64,000 bases of DNA from the human T2T-CHM13v2.0 reference genome, Homo sapiens: assembly GCF_009914755.1 (NCBI RefSeq), contig NC_060935.1; one strand, given 5' to 3'. The first letter of the stretch is position 1; each line of letters opens with the position of its first letter. The position numbers and the translations under genes were made by a program. Positions 1-12,100 of this stretch are shown piece after piece. The notes beneath the pieces were generated by a model that saw only the letters and a list, made by a program, of their open reading frames with translations, was not told the origin of the DNA and made no database searches.

Positions 1-28
1 ATACCTTCACATCAAACCTAGACAGAAA

Positions 29-199
29 CATTCTCAGAATGTTTCCTGTGATGACTGCATTCAACTCACAGAGGTGAACAATCCTGTTGATGGAGCACTT
101 TTGAAACTCTCTTTCTTTGGATTCTGCAAGTTGATATGTGGACCTCTGTGAAGATTTCGTTGGAAACGGGTTCATCTTCACAGAAAAATTAAACAGAAG
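29..199 (+). repeat. Alpha monomer m1 (171 bp, B-type, intact CENP-B core)
   Basis: Starts CATTCTCAGAATGTTTCC; box TTTCGTTGGAAACGGGT at 155-171. Confidence 0.9.
155..171 (+). promoter_or_regulatory. CENP-B box in m1 (representative; recurs in each HOR)
   Basis: TTTCGTTGGAAACGGGT matches the 9 core bases of nTTCGnnnnAnnCGGGn. Confidence 0.92.
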
Positions 200-369
200 C
201 ATTCTCAGAAACTACTTTGTGATGTTTGTGTTCCACTTCAAGAATTGAACTTTCCTCTTGACAGAGCAGCTCTGAAACCCTCTTTTTCTAGAATCTGCAA
301 GTGGACATTTGGAGGGCTTTGAGGCCTGTGGTGGAAAAGGAAAATCTTCACATAAAAACTAGATGGAAG
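200..369 (+). repeat. Alpha monomer m2 (170 bp, A-type, carries the HOR-defining XbaI site)
   Basis: TCTAGA at 287-292; CTGTGGTGGAAAAGGAA at the box position (326-342). Confidence 0.9.
326..342 (+). promoter_or_regulatory. A-type / pJalpha-like box in m2 (representative)
   Basis: CTGTGGTGGAAAAGGAA sits at the position homologous to the CENP-B box and resembles the A-box consensus. Confidence 0.7.
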
Positions 370-540
370 CATTCTCCGAAACTACTTTGTGATGATTGCA
401 TTCGACTCACAGAGTTGAACATTCCTATAGATAGAGCAGGTTGTAAACAATCTTTTTGTAGAATCTGCGATTGGAGATTTGGACTGCTTTGAGGCCTACT
501 GTAGTAAAGGAAATAACTTCATCTAAAAACCAAACGGAAG
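370..540 (+). repeat. Alpha monomer m3 (171 bp, A-type)
   Basis: CTACTGTAGTAAAGGAA at the box position (496-512); no CENP-B core. Confidence 0.9.
496..512 (+). promoter_or_regulatory. Diverged A-type box in m3 (representative)
   Basis: CTACTGTAGTAAAGGAA at the homologous box position. Confidence 0.6.
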
Positions 541-708
541 CATTCACAGACAATTCTTAGTGATCATTGCATTGAACTAACAGAGCTGAACATTCCTTTA
601 GATGGAGCAGTTTCCAAACCCACTTTCTGTAGAATCTTCAAGTGGATATTTGGACTTCTCTGAGGATTTCGTTGGAAACGGGATAAACTTCCCAGAACTA
701 CACGGAAG
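541..708 (+). repeat. Alpha monomer m4 (168 bp, B-type, canonical CENP-B box)
   Basis: TTTCGTTGGAAACGGGA at 667-683; this is the shortest monomer. Confidence 0.9.
667..683 (+). promoter_or_regulatory. Canonical CENP-B box in m4 (representative; recurs in each HOR)
   Basis: TTTCGTTGGAAACGGGA is an exact match to YTTCGTTGGAARCGGGA. Confidence 0.95.
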
Positions 709-878
709 CATTGTGAGAAACTTCTTTGTGATGTTTGCATTCAACTCACAGAGTTGAACCTTGCTTTCATAGTTCAGCTTTCAAACACTCTTTTTGTAGA
801 ATCTGCAAGTGGATATTTGGACCACTTTGTGGCCTTCCTTCGAAACGGGTATATCTTCCCATCAAACCTAGACAGAAG
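709..878 (+). repeat. Alpha monomer m5 (170 bp, B-type, degenerate CENP-B box)
   Basis: CTTCCTTCGAAACGGGT at 834-850 has TTCC in place of the required TTCG. Confidence 0.88.
834..850 (+). promoter_or_regulatory. Degenerate, probably non-binding CENP-B-type box in m5
   Basis: CTTCCTTCGAAACGGGT; the first core CpG is lost at the canonical position. Confidence 0.75.
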
Positions 879-3428
879 CATTCTCAGAATGTTTCCTGTG
901 ATGACTGCATTCAACTCACAGAGGTGAACAATCCTGTTGATGGAGCACTTTTGAAACTCTCTTTCTTTGGATTCTGCAAGTTGATATGTGGACCTCTGTG
1001 AAGATTTCGTTGGAAACGGGTTCATCTTCACAGAAAAACTAAACAGAAGCATTCTCAGAAACTACTTTGTGATGTTTGTGTTCCACTTCTAGAATTGAAC
1101 TTTCCTCTTGACAGAGCAGCTCTGAAACCCTCTTTTTCTAGAATCTGCAAGTGGACATTTGGAGGGCTTTGAGGCCTGTGGTGGAAAAGGAAAATCTTCA
1201 CATAAAAACTAGATGGAAGCATTCTCAGAAACTACTTTGTGATGATTGCATTCGACTCACAGAGTTGAACATTCCTATAGATAGAGCAGGTTGTAAACAA
1301 TCTTTTTGTAGAATCTGCGATTGGAGATTTGGACTGCTTTGAGGCCTACTGTAGTAAAGGAAATAACTTCATCTAAAAACCAAACGGAAGCATTCACAGA
1401 CAATTCTTAGTGATCATTGCATTGAACTAACAGAGCTGAACATTCCTTTAGATGGCGCAGTTTCCAAACACACTTTCTGTAGAATGTGCAAGTGGATATT
1501 TGGAGCTCTCTGAGGATTTCGTTGGAAACGGGATAAACTTCCCAGAACTACACGGAAGCATGCTGAGAAACTTCTTTGTGATGTTTGCATTCAACTCACA
1601 GAGTTGAACCTTGCTTTCATAGTTCAGCTTTCAAACACTCTTTTTGTAGAATCTGCAAGTGGATATTTGGACCACTTTGTGGCCTTCCTTCGAAACGGGT
1701 ATATCTTCACATAAAACCTAGACAGAAGCATTCTCAGAATGTTTCCTGTGATGACTGCATTCAACTCACAGAGGTGAACAATCCTGCTGATGGAGCACTT
1801 TTGAAACTCTCTTTCTTTGGATTCTGCAAGTGGATATGTGGACCTCTGTGAAGATTTCGTTGGAAACGGGTTCATCTTCACAGAAAAACTAAACAGAAGC
1901 ATTCTCAGAAACTGCTTTGTGATGTTTGTGTTCCACTTCAGGAATTGAACTTTCCTCTTGACAGAGCAGCTCTGAAACCCTCTTATTCTAGAATCTGCAA
2001 GTGGACATTTGGAGGGCTTTGAGGCCTGTGGTGGAAAAGGAAAATCTTCACATAAAAACTAGATGGAAGCATTCTCAGAACCTACTTTGTGATGATTGCA
2101 TTCGACTCACAGAGTTGAACATTCCTATAGATAGAGCAGGTTGTAAACAATCTTTTTGTAGAATCTGCGATTGGAGATTTGGACTGCTTTGAGGCCTACT
2201 GTAGTAAAGGAAATAACTTCATCTAAAAACCAAACGGAAGCATTCACAGACAATTCTTAGTGATCATTGCATTGAACTAACAGAGCTGAACATTCCTTTA
2301 GATGGCGCAGTTTCCAAACACACTTTCTGTAGAATCTGCAAGTGGATATTTGGACTTCTCTGAGGATTTCGTTGGAAACGGGATAAACTTCCCAGAACTA
2401 CACGGAAGCATTGTGAGAAACTTCTTTGTGATGTTTGCATTCAACTCACAGAGTTGAAACTTGCTTTCATAGTTCAGCTTTCAAACACTCTTTTTGTAGA
2501 ATCTGCAAGTGGATATTTGGACCACTTTATGGCCTTCCTTCGAAACGGGTATATCTTCACATCAAACCTAGACATAAGCATTCTCAGAATGTTTCCTGTG
2601 AAGACTGCATTCAACTCACAGAGATGAACAATCCTGTTGATGGAGCACTTTGGAAACTCTCTTTCTTTGGATTCTGCAAGTTGATATGTGGACCTCTGTG
2701 AAGATTTCGTTGGAAACGGGTTCATCTTCACAGAAAAACTAAACAGAAGCATTCTCAAAAACTACTTTGTGATGTTTGTGTTCCACTTCAAGAATTGAAC
2801 TTTCCTCTTGACAGAGCAGTTCTGAAAACCTCTTTTTCTAGAATCTGTAAGTGGACATTTGGAGGGCTTTGAGGCCTGTGGTGGAAAAGGAAAATCTTCA
2901 CATAAAAACTAGATGGAAGCATTCTCAGAAACTACTTTGTGATGATTGCATTCGACTCACAGAGTTGAACATTCCTATAGATAGAGCAGGTTGTAAACAA
3001 TCTTTTTGTAGAATCTGCGATTGGAGATTCGGACTGCTTTGAGGCCTACTGTAGTAAAGGAAATAACTTCATCTAAAAACCAAACGGAAGCATTCACAGA
3101 CAATTCTTAGTGATCATTGCATTGAACTAACAGAGCTGAACATTCCTTTACATGGCGCAGTTTCCAAACACACTTTCTGTAGAATCTGCAAGTGGATATT
3201 TGGACCTCTCTGAGGATTTCGTTGGAAACGGGATAAACTTCCCAGAACTACACGGAAGCATGCTGAGAAACTTCTTTGTGATGTTTGCATTCAACTCACA
3301 GAGTTGAACCTTGCTTTCATAGTTCAGCTTTCAAACACTCTTTTTGTAGAATCTGCAAGTGGATATTTGGACCACTTTGTGGCCTTCCTTCGAAACGGGT
3401 ATATCTTCACATCAAACCTAGACAGAAG

Positions 3429-4108
3429 CATTCTCAGAATGTTTCCTGTGATGACTGCATTCAACTCACAGAGGTGAACAATCCTGCTGATGGAGCAGTT
3501 TTGAAACTCTCTTTCTTTGGATTCTGCAAGTGGATATGTGGACCTCTGTGAAGATTTCGTTGGAAACGGGTTCATCTTCACAGAAAAACTAAACAGAAGC
3601 ATTCTCAGAAACTACTTTGTGATGATTGCATTCGACTCACAGAGTTGAACATTCCTATAGATAGAGCAGGTTGTAAACAATCTTTTTGTAGAATCTGCGA
3701 TTGGAGATTTGGACTGCTTTGAGGCATACTGTAGTAAAGGAAATAACTTCATCTAAAAACCAAACGGAAGCATTCACAGACAATTCTTAGTGATCATTGC
3801 ATTGAACTAACAGAGCTGAACATTCCTTTAGATGGCGCAGTTTCCAAACACACTTTCTGTAGAAACTGCAAGTGGATATTTTGACCTCTCTGAGGATTTC
3901 GTTGGAAACGGGATAAACTTCCCAGAACTACACGGAAGCATTCTGAGAAACTTCTTTGTGATGTTTGCATTCAACTCACAGAGTTGAACCTTGCTTTCAT
4001 AGTTCAGCTTTCAAACCCTCTTTTTGTAGAATCTGCAAGTGGATATTTGGACCACTTTGTGGCCTTCCTTCGAAACGGGTATATCTTCACATCAAACCTA
4101 GACAGAAG
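3429..4108 (+). repeat. 4-mer HOR structural variant (680 bp; monomer m2 deleted)
   Basis: At 3600 the m1 end (CAGAAAAACTAAACAGAAG) runs straight into m3 (CATTCTCAGAAACTACTTTGTGATGATTGCATTCG). ORF spacing 3285 to 3965 is 680; XbaI spacing 2837 to 4367 is 1530. Confidence 0.95.
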
Positions 4109-7100
4109 CATTCTCAGAATGTTTCCTGTGATGACTGCATTCAACTCACAGAGGTGAACAATCCTGCTGATGGAGGAGTTTTGAAACTCTCTTTCTTTGG
4201 ATTCTGCAAGTGGATATGTGGACCTCTGTGAAGATTTCGTTGGAAACGGGTTCATCTTCACAGAAAAACTAAACAGAAGCATTCTCAGAAACTGCTTTGT
4301 GATGTTTGTGTTCCACTTCAGGAATTGAACTTTCCTCTTGACAGAGCAGCTCTGAAACCCTCTTATTCTAGAATCTGCAAGTGGACATTTGGAGGGCTTT
4401 GAGGCCTGTGGTGGAAAAGGAAAATCTTCACATAAAAACTAGATGGAAGCATTCTCAGAAACTACTTTGTGATGATTGCATTCGACTCACAGAGTTGAAC
4501 ATTCCTATAGATAGAGCAGGTTGTAAACAATCTTTTTCTAGAATCTGCTATTGGAGATTTGGACTGCTTTGAGGCCTACTGTAGTAAAGGAAATAACTTC
4601 ATCTAAAAACCAAACGGAAGCATTCACAGACAATTCTCAGTGATCATTGCATTGAACTAACAGAGCTGAACATTCCTTTAGATGGCGCAGTTTCCAAACA
4701 CACTTTCTGTAGAATCTGCAAGTGGATATTTGGACCTCTCTGAGGATTTCGTTGGAAACCGGATAAACTTCCCAGAACTACACGGAAGCACTGTGAGAAA
4801 ATTCTTTGTGATGTTTGCATTCAACTCACAGAGTTGAACCTTGCTTTCATAGTTCAGCTTTCAAACACTCTTTTTGTAGAATCTGCAAGTGGATATTTGG
4901 ACCACTTTGTGGCCTTCCTTCGAAACGGGTATATCTTCCCATCAAACCTAGACAGAAGCATTCTCAGAATGTTTCCTGTGATGACTGCATTCAACTCACA
5001 GAGGTGAACAATCCTGTTGATGGAGCACTTTTGAAACTCTCTTTCTTTGGATTCTGCAAGTTGATATGTGGACCTCTGTGAAGATTTCGTTGGAAACGGG
5101 TTCATCTTCACAGAAAAACTAAACAGAAGCATTCTCAGAAACTACTATGTGATGTTTGTGTTCCACTTCAAGAATTGAACTTTCCTCTTGACAGAGGAGC
5201 TCTGAAACCCTCTTTTTCTAGAATCTGCAAGTGAACATTTGGAGGGCTTTGAGGCCTGTGGTGGAAAAGGAAAATCTTCACATAAAAACTAGATGGAAGC
5301 ATTCTCAGAAACTACTTTGTGATGATTGCATTCGACTCACAGAGTTGAACATTCCTATAGATAGAGCAGGTTGTAAACAATCTTTTTGTAGAATCTGCGA
5401 TTGGAGATTTGGACTGCTTTGAGGCCTACTGTAGTAAAGGAAATAACTTCATCTAAAAACCAAACGGAAGCATTCACAGACAATTCTTAGTGATCATTGC
5501 ATTGAACTAACAGAGCTGAACATTCCTTTAGATGGCGCAGTTTCCAAACACACTTTCTGTAGAATCTGCAAGTGGATATTTGGACCTCTCTGAGGATTTC
5601 TTTAGAAAAGGGATAAACTTCCCAGAACTACACGGAAGCATGCTGAGAAACTTCTTTGTGATGTTTGCATTCAACTCACAGAGTTGAACCTTGCTTTCAT
5701 AGTTCAGCTTTCAAACACTCTTTTTGTAGAATCTGCAAGTGGATATTTGGACCACTTTGTGGCCTTCCTTGAAACGGGTATATCTTCACATCAAACCTAG
5801 ACAGAAGCATTCTCAGAATGTTTCCTGTGATGACTGCATTCAACTCACAGAGGTGAACAATCCTGCTGATGGAGCAGTTTTGAAACTCTCTTTCTTTGGA
5901 TTCTGCAAGTGGATATGTGGACCTCTGTGAAGATTTCGTTGGAAACGGGTTCATCTTCACAGAAAAACTAAACAGAAGCATTCTCAGAAACTGCTTTGTG
6001 ATGTTTGTGTTCCACTTCAGGAATTGAACTTTCCTCTTGACAGAGCAGCTCTGAAACCCTCTTATTCTAGAATCTGCAAGTGGACATTTGGAGGGCTTTG
6101 AGGCCTGTGGTGGAAAAGGAAAATCTTCACATAAAAACTAGATGGAAGCATTCTCAGAAACTACTTTGTGATGATTGCATTCGACTCACAGAGTTGAACA
6201 TTCCTATAGATAGAGCAGGTTGTAAACAATCTTTTTGTAGAAAATGCGATTGGAGATTTGGACTGCTTTGAGGCCTACTGTAGTAAAGGAAATAACTTCA
6301 TCTAAAAACCAAACGGAAGCATTCACAGACAATTCTTAGTGATCATTGCACTGAACTAACAGAGCTGAACATTCCTTTAGATGGAGCAGTTTCCAAACCC
6401 ACTTTCTGTAGAATCTGCAAGTGGATATTTGGACTTCTCTGAGGATGTCGTGGGAAACGGGATAAACTTCCCAGAACTACACGGAAGCATTGTGAGAAAC
6501 TTCTTTGTGATGTTTGCATTCAACTCACAGAGTTGAACCTTGCTTTCATAGTTCAGCTTTCAAACACTCTTTTTGTAGAATCTGCAAGTGGATATTTGGA
6601 CCACTTTGTGGCCTTCCTTCGAAACGGGTATATCTTCACATCAAACCTAGACAGAAGCATTCTCAGAATGTTTCCTGTGATGACTGCATTCAACTCACAG
6701 AGGTGAACAATCCTGCTGATGGAGCAGTTTTGAAACTCTCTTTCTTTGGATTCTGCAAGTGGATATGTGGACCTCTGTGAAGATTTCGTTGGAAACGGGT
6801 TCATCTTCACAGAAAAACTAAACAGGAGCATTCTCAGAAACTGCTTTGTGATGTTTGTGTTCCACTTCAAGAATTGAACTTTCCTCTTGACAGAGCAGCT
6901 CTGAAACCCTCTTTTACTAGAATCTGCAAGTGGACATTTGGAGGGCTTTGAGGCCTGTGGTGGAAAAGGAAAATCTTCACATAAAAACTTTATGGAAGCA
7001 TTCTCAGAAACTTCTTTGTGATGATTGCATTCGACTCACAGAGTTGAACATTCCTATAGATAGAGCAGGTTGTAAACAATCTTTTTGTAGAATCTGCGAT

Positions 7101-9129
7101 TGGAGATTTGGACTGCTTTGAGGCCTACTGTAGTAAAGGAAATTACTTCATCTAAAAACGAAACGGAAGCATTCACAGACAATTGTTAGTGATCATTGGA
7201 TTGAACTAACAGAGCTGAACACTCCTTTAGATGGAGCAGTTTCCAAACCCACTTTCTGTAGAATCTGCAAGTGGATATTTGGACTTCTCAGAGGATTTCG
7301 TTGGAAACGGGATAAACTTCCCAGAACTACACGGAAGCATTGTGAGAAACTTCTTTGTGATGTTTGCATTCAACTCACAGAGTTGAACCTTGCTTTCATA
7401 GTTCAGCTTTCAAACACTCTTTTTGTAGAATCTGCAAGTGGATATTTGGACCACTTTGTGGCCTTCCTTCGAAACGGGTATACCTTCACATCAAACCTAG
7501 ACAGAAACATTCTCAGAATGTTTCCTGTGATGACTGCATTCAACTCACAGAGGTGAACAATCCTGTTGATGGAGCACTTTTGAAACTCTCTTTCTTTGGA
7601 TTCTGCAAGTTGATATGTGGACCTCTGTGAAGATTTCGTTGGAAACGGGTTCATCTTCACAGAAAAATTAAACAGAAGCATTCTCAGAAACTACTTTGTG
7701 ATGTTTGTGTTCCACTTCAAGAATTGAACTTTCCTCTTGACAGAGCAGCTCTGAAACCCTCTTTTTCTAGAATCTGCAAGTGGACATTTGGAGGGCTTTG
7801 AGGCCTGTGGTGGAAAAGGAAAATCTTCACATAAAAACTAGATGGAAGCATTCTCCGAAACTACTTTGTGATGATTGCATTCGACTCACAGAGTTGAACA
7901 TTCCTATAGATAGAGCAGGTTGTAAACAATCTTTTTGTAGAATCTGCGATTGGAGATTTGGATTGCTTTGAGGCCTACTGTAGTAAAGGAAATAACTTCA
8001 TCTAAAAACCAAACGGAAGCATTCACAGAAAATTCTTCGTGATCATTGCATTGAACTAACAGAGGTGAACATTCCTTTAGATGGCGCAGTTTCCAAACAC
8101 ACTTTCTGTAGAATCTGCAAGTGGATATTTGGACCTCTCTGAGGATTTCGTTGGAAACGGGATAAACTTCCCAGAACTACACGGAAGCATGCTGAGAAAC
8201 TTCTTTGTGATGTTTGCATTCAACTCACAGAGTTGAACCTTGCTTTCATAGTTCAGCTTTCAAACACTCTTTTTGTAGAATCTGCAAGTGGATATTTGGA
8301 CCACTTTGTGGCCTTCCTTCGAAACGGGTATATCTTCACATCAAACCTAGACAGAAGCATTCTCAGAATGTTTCCTGTGATGACTGCATTCAACTCACAG
8401 AGGTGAACAATCCTGGTGATGGAGCAATTTTGAAACTCTCTTTCTTTGGATTCTGCAAGTGGATATGTGGACCTCTGTGAAGATTTCGTTGGAAACGGGT
8501 TCATCTTCACAGAAAAACTAAACAGAAGCATTCTCAGAAACTGCTTTGTGATGTTTGTGTTCCACTTCAGGAATTGAACTTTCCTCTTGACAGAGCAGCT
8601 CTGAAACCCTCTTATTCTAGAATCTGCAAGTGGACATTTGGAGGGCTTTGAGGCCTGTGGTGGAAAAGGAAAATCTTCACATAAAAACTAGATGGAAGCA
8701 TTCTCAGAAACTACTTTGTGATGATTGCATTCGACTCACAGAGTTGAACATTCCTATAGATAGAGCAGGTTGTAAACAATCTTTTTGTAGAATCTGCGAT
8801 TGGAGATTTGGACTGCTTTGAGGCCTACTGTAGTAAAGGAAATAACTTCATCTAAAAACCAAACGGAAGCATTCACAGACAATTCTTAGTGATCATTGCA
8901 TTGAACTAACAGAGCTGAACATTCCTTTAGATGGCGCAGTTTCCAAACACACTTTCTGTAGAATCTGCAAGTGGATATTTGGACCTCTCTGAGGATTTCG
9001 TTGGAAACGGGATAAACTTCCCAGAACTACACGGAAGCATGCTGAGAAACTTCTTTGTGATGTTTGCATTCAACTCACAGAGTTGAACCTTGCTTTCATA
9101 GTTCAGCTTTCAAACACTTTTTTTGTAGA

Positions 9130-12100
9130 ATCTGCAAGTGGATATTTGGACCACTTTGTGGCCTTCCTTCGAAACGGGTATATCTTCACATCAAACCTAG
9201 ACAGAAGCATTCTCAGAATGTTTCCTGTGATGACTGCATTCAACTCACAGAGGTGAACAATCCTGCTGATGGAGGAGTTTTGAAACTCTCTTTCTTTGGA
9301 TTCTGCAAGTGGATATGTGGACCTCTGTGAAGATTTCGTTGGAAACGGGTTCATCTTCACAGAAAAACTAAACAGAAGCATTCTCAGAAACTGCTTTGTG
9401 ATGTTTGTGTTCCACTTCAGGAATTGAACTTTCCTCTTGACAGAGCAGCTCTGAAACCCTCTTATTCTAGAATCTGCAAGTGGACATTTGGAGGGCTTTG
9501 AGGCCTGTGGTGGAAAAGGAAAATCTTCACATAAAAACTAGATGGAAGCATTCTCAGAAACTACTTTGTGATGATTGCATTCGACTCACAGAGTTGAACA
9601 TTCCTATAGATAGAGCAGGTTGTAAACAATCTTTTTCTAGAATCTGCTATTGGAGATTTGGACTCCTTTGAGGCCTACTGTAGTAAAGGAAATAACTTCA
9701 TCTAAAAACCAAACGGAAGCATTCACAGACAATTCTCAGGATCATTGGATTGAACTAACAGAGCTGAACATTCCTTTAGATGGAGCAGTTTCCAAACACA
9801 CTTTCTGTAGAATCTGCAAGTGGATATTTGGACTTCTCTGAGAATTTCGTTGGAAAAGGGATAAACTTCCCAGAACTACACGGAAGCATTGTGAGAAACT
9901 TCTTTGTGATGTTTGCATTCAACTCACAGAGTTGAACCTTGCTTTCATAGTTCAGCTTTCAAACACTCTTTTTGTAGAATCTGCAAGTGGATATTTGGAC
10001 CACTTTGTGGCCTTCCTTCGAAACGGGTATATCTTCACATCAAACCTAGACAGAAGCATTCTCAGAATGTTTCCTGTGATGACTGCATTCAACTCACAGA
10101 GGTGAACAATCCTGCTGATGGAGCAGTTTTGAAACTCTCTTTCTTTGGATTCTGCAAGTGGATATGTTGACCTCTGTGAAGATTTCGTTGGAAACGGGAT
10201 CATCTTCACAGAAAAACTAAACAGGAGCATTCTCAGAAACTGCTTTGTGATGTTTGTGTTCCACTTCAAGAATTGAACTTTCCTCTTGACAGAGCAGCTC
10301 TGAAACCCTCTTTTTCTAGAATCTGCAAGTGGACATTTGGAAGGATTTGAGGCCTGTGGTGGAAAAGGAAAATCTTCACATAAAAACTAGATGGAAGCAT
10401 TCTCAGAAACTACTTTGTGATGATTGCATTCGACTCACAGAGTTGAACATTCCTATAGATAGAGCAGGTTGTAAACAATCTTTTTGTAGAATCTGCGATT
10501 GGAGATTTGGACTGCTTTGAGGCCTACTGTAGTAAAGGAAATAACTTCATCTAAAAACCAAACGGAAGCATTTACAGACAATTCTTAGTGATCATTGCAT
10601 TGAACTAACAGAGCTGAACATTCCTTTAGATGGAGCAGTTTCCAAACCCACTTTCTGTAGAATCTGCAAGTGGATATTTGGACTTCTCTGAGGATTTCGT
10701 TGGAAACGGGATAAACTTCCCAGAACTACAGGGAAGCATTGTGAGAAACTTCTTTGTGATGTTTGCATTCAACTCACAGAGTTGAACCTTGCTTTCATAG
10801 TTCAGCTTTCAAACACTCTTTTTGTAGAATCTGCAAGTGGATATTTGGACCACTTTGTGGCCTTCCTTCGAAACGGGTATATCTTCACATCAAACCTAGA
10901 CAGAAGCATTCTCAGAATGTTTCCTGTGATGACTGCATTCAACTCACAGAGGTGAACAATCCTGTTGATGGAGCACTTTTGAAACTCTCTTTCTTTGGAT
11001 TCTGCAAGTTGATATGTGGACCTCTGTGAAGATTTCGTTGGAAACGGGTTCATCTTCACAGAAAAACTAAACAGAAGCATTCTCAGAAACTACTTTGTGA
11101 TGTTTGTGTTCCACTTCAAGAATTGAACTTTCCTCTTGACAGAGCAGCTCTGAAACCCTCTTTTTCTAGAATCTGCAAGTGGACATTTGGAGGGCTTTGA
11201 GGCCTGTGGTGGAAAAGGAAAATCTTCACATAAAAACTAGATGGAAGCATTCTCAGAAACTACTTTGTGATGATTGCATTCGTCTCACAGAGTTGAACAT
11301 TCCTATAGATAGAGCAGGTTGTAAACAATCTTTTTGTAGAATCTGCGATTGGAGATTTGGACTGCTTGGAGGCCTACTGTAGTAAAGTAAATAACTTCAT
11401 CTAAAAACCAAACGGAAGCATTCACAGACAATTCTTAGTGATCATTGCATTGAACTAACAGAGCTGAACATTCCTTTAGATGGCGCAGTTTCCAAACACA
11501 CTTTCTGTAGAATCTGCAAGTGGATATTTGGACCTCTCTGAGGATTTCGTTGGAAACCGGATAAACTTCCCAGAACTACACGGAAGCACTGTGAGAAAAT
11601 TCTTTGTGATGTTTGCATTCAACTCACAGAGTTGAACCTTGCTTTCATAGTTCAGCTTTCAAACACTCTTTTTGTAGAATCTGCAAGTGGATATTTGGAC
11701 CACTTTGTGGCCTTCCTTCGAAACGGGTATATCTTCCCATCAAACCTAGACAGAAGCATTCTCAGAATGTTTCCTGTGATGACTGCATTCAACTCACAGA
11801 GGTGAACAATCCTGTTGATGGAGCACTTTTGAAACTCTCTTTCTTTGGATTCTGCAAGTTGATATGTGGACCTCTGTGAAGATTTCGTTGGAAACGGGTT
11901 CATCTTCACAGAAAAACTAAACAGAAGCATTCTCAGAAACTACTATGTGATGTTTGTGTTCCACTTCAAGAATTGAACTTTCCTCTTGACAGAGTAGCTC
12001 TGAAACCCTCTTTTTCTAGAATCTGCAAGTGAACATTTGGAGGGCTTTGAGGCCTGTGGTGGAAAAGGAAAATCTTCACATAAAAACTAGATGGAAGCAT

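Larger units (their letters stand above)
29..878 (+). repeat. Representative complete 5-mer HOR unit (850 bp)
   Basis: Monomer starts at 29, 200, 370, 541 and 709, with the next unit at 879; lengths 171/170/171/168/170 sum to 850. Confidence 0.95.
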
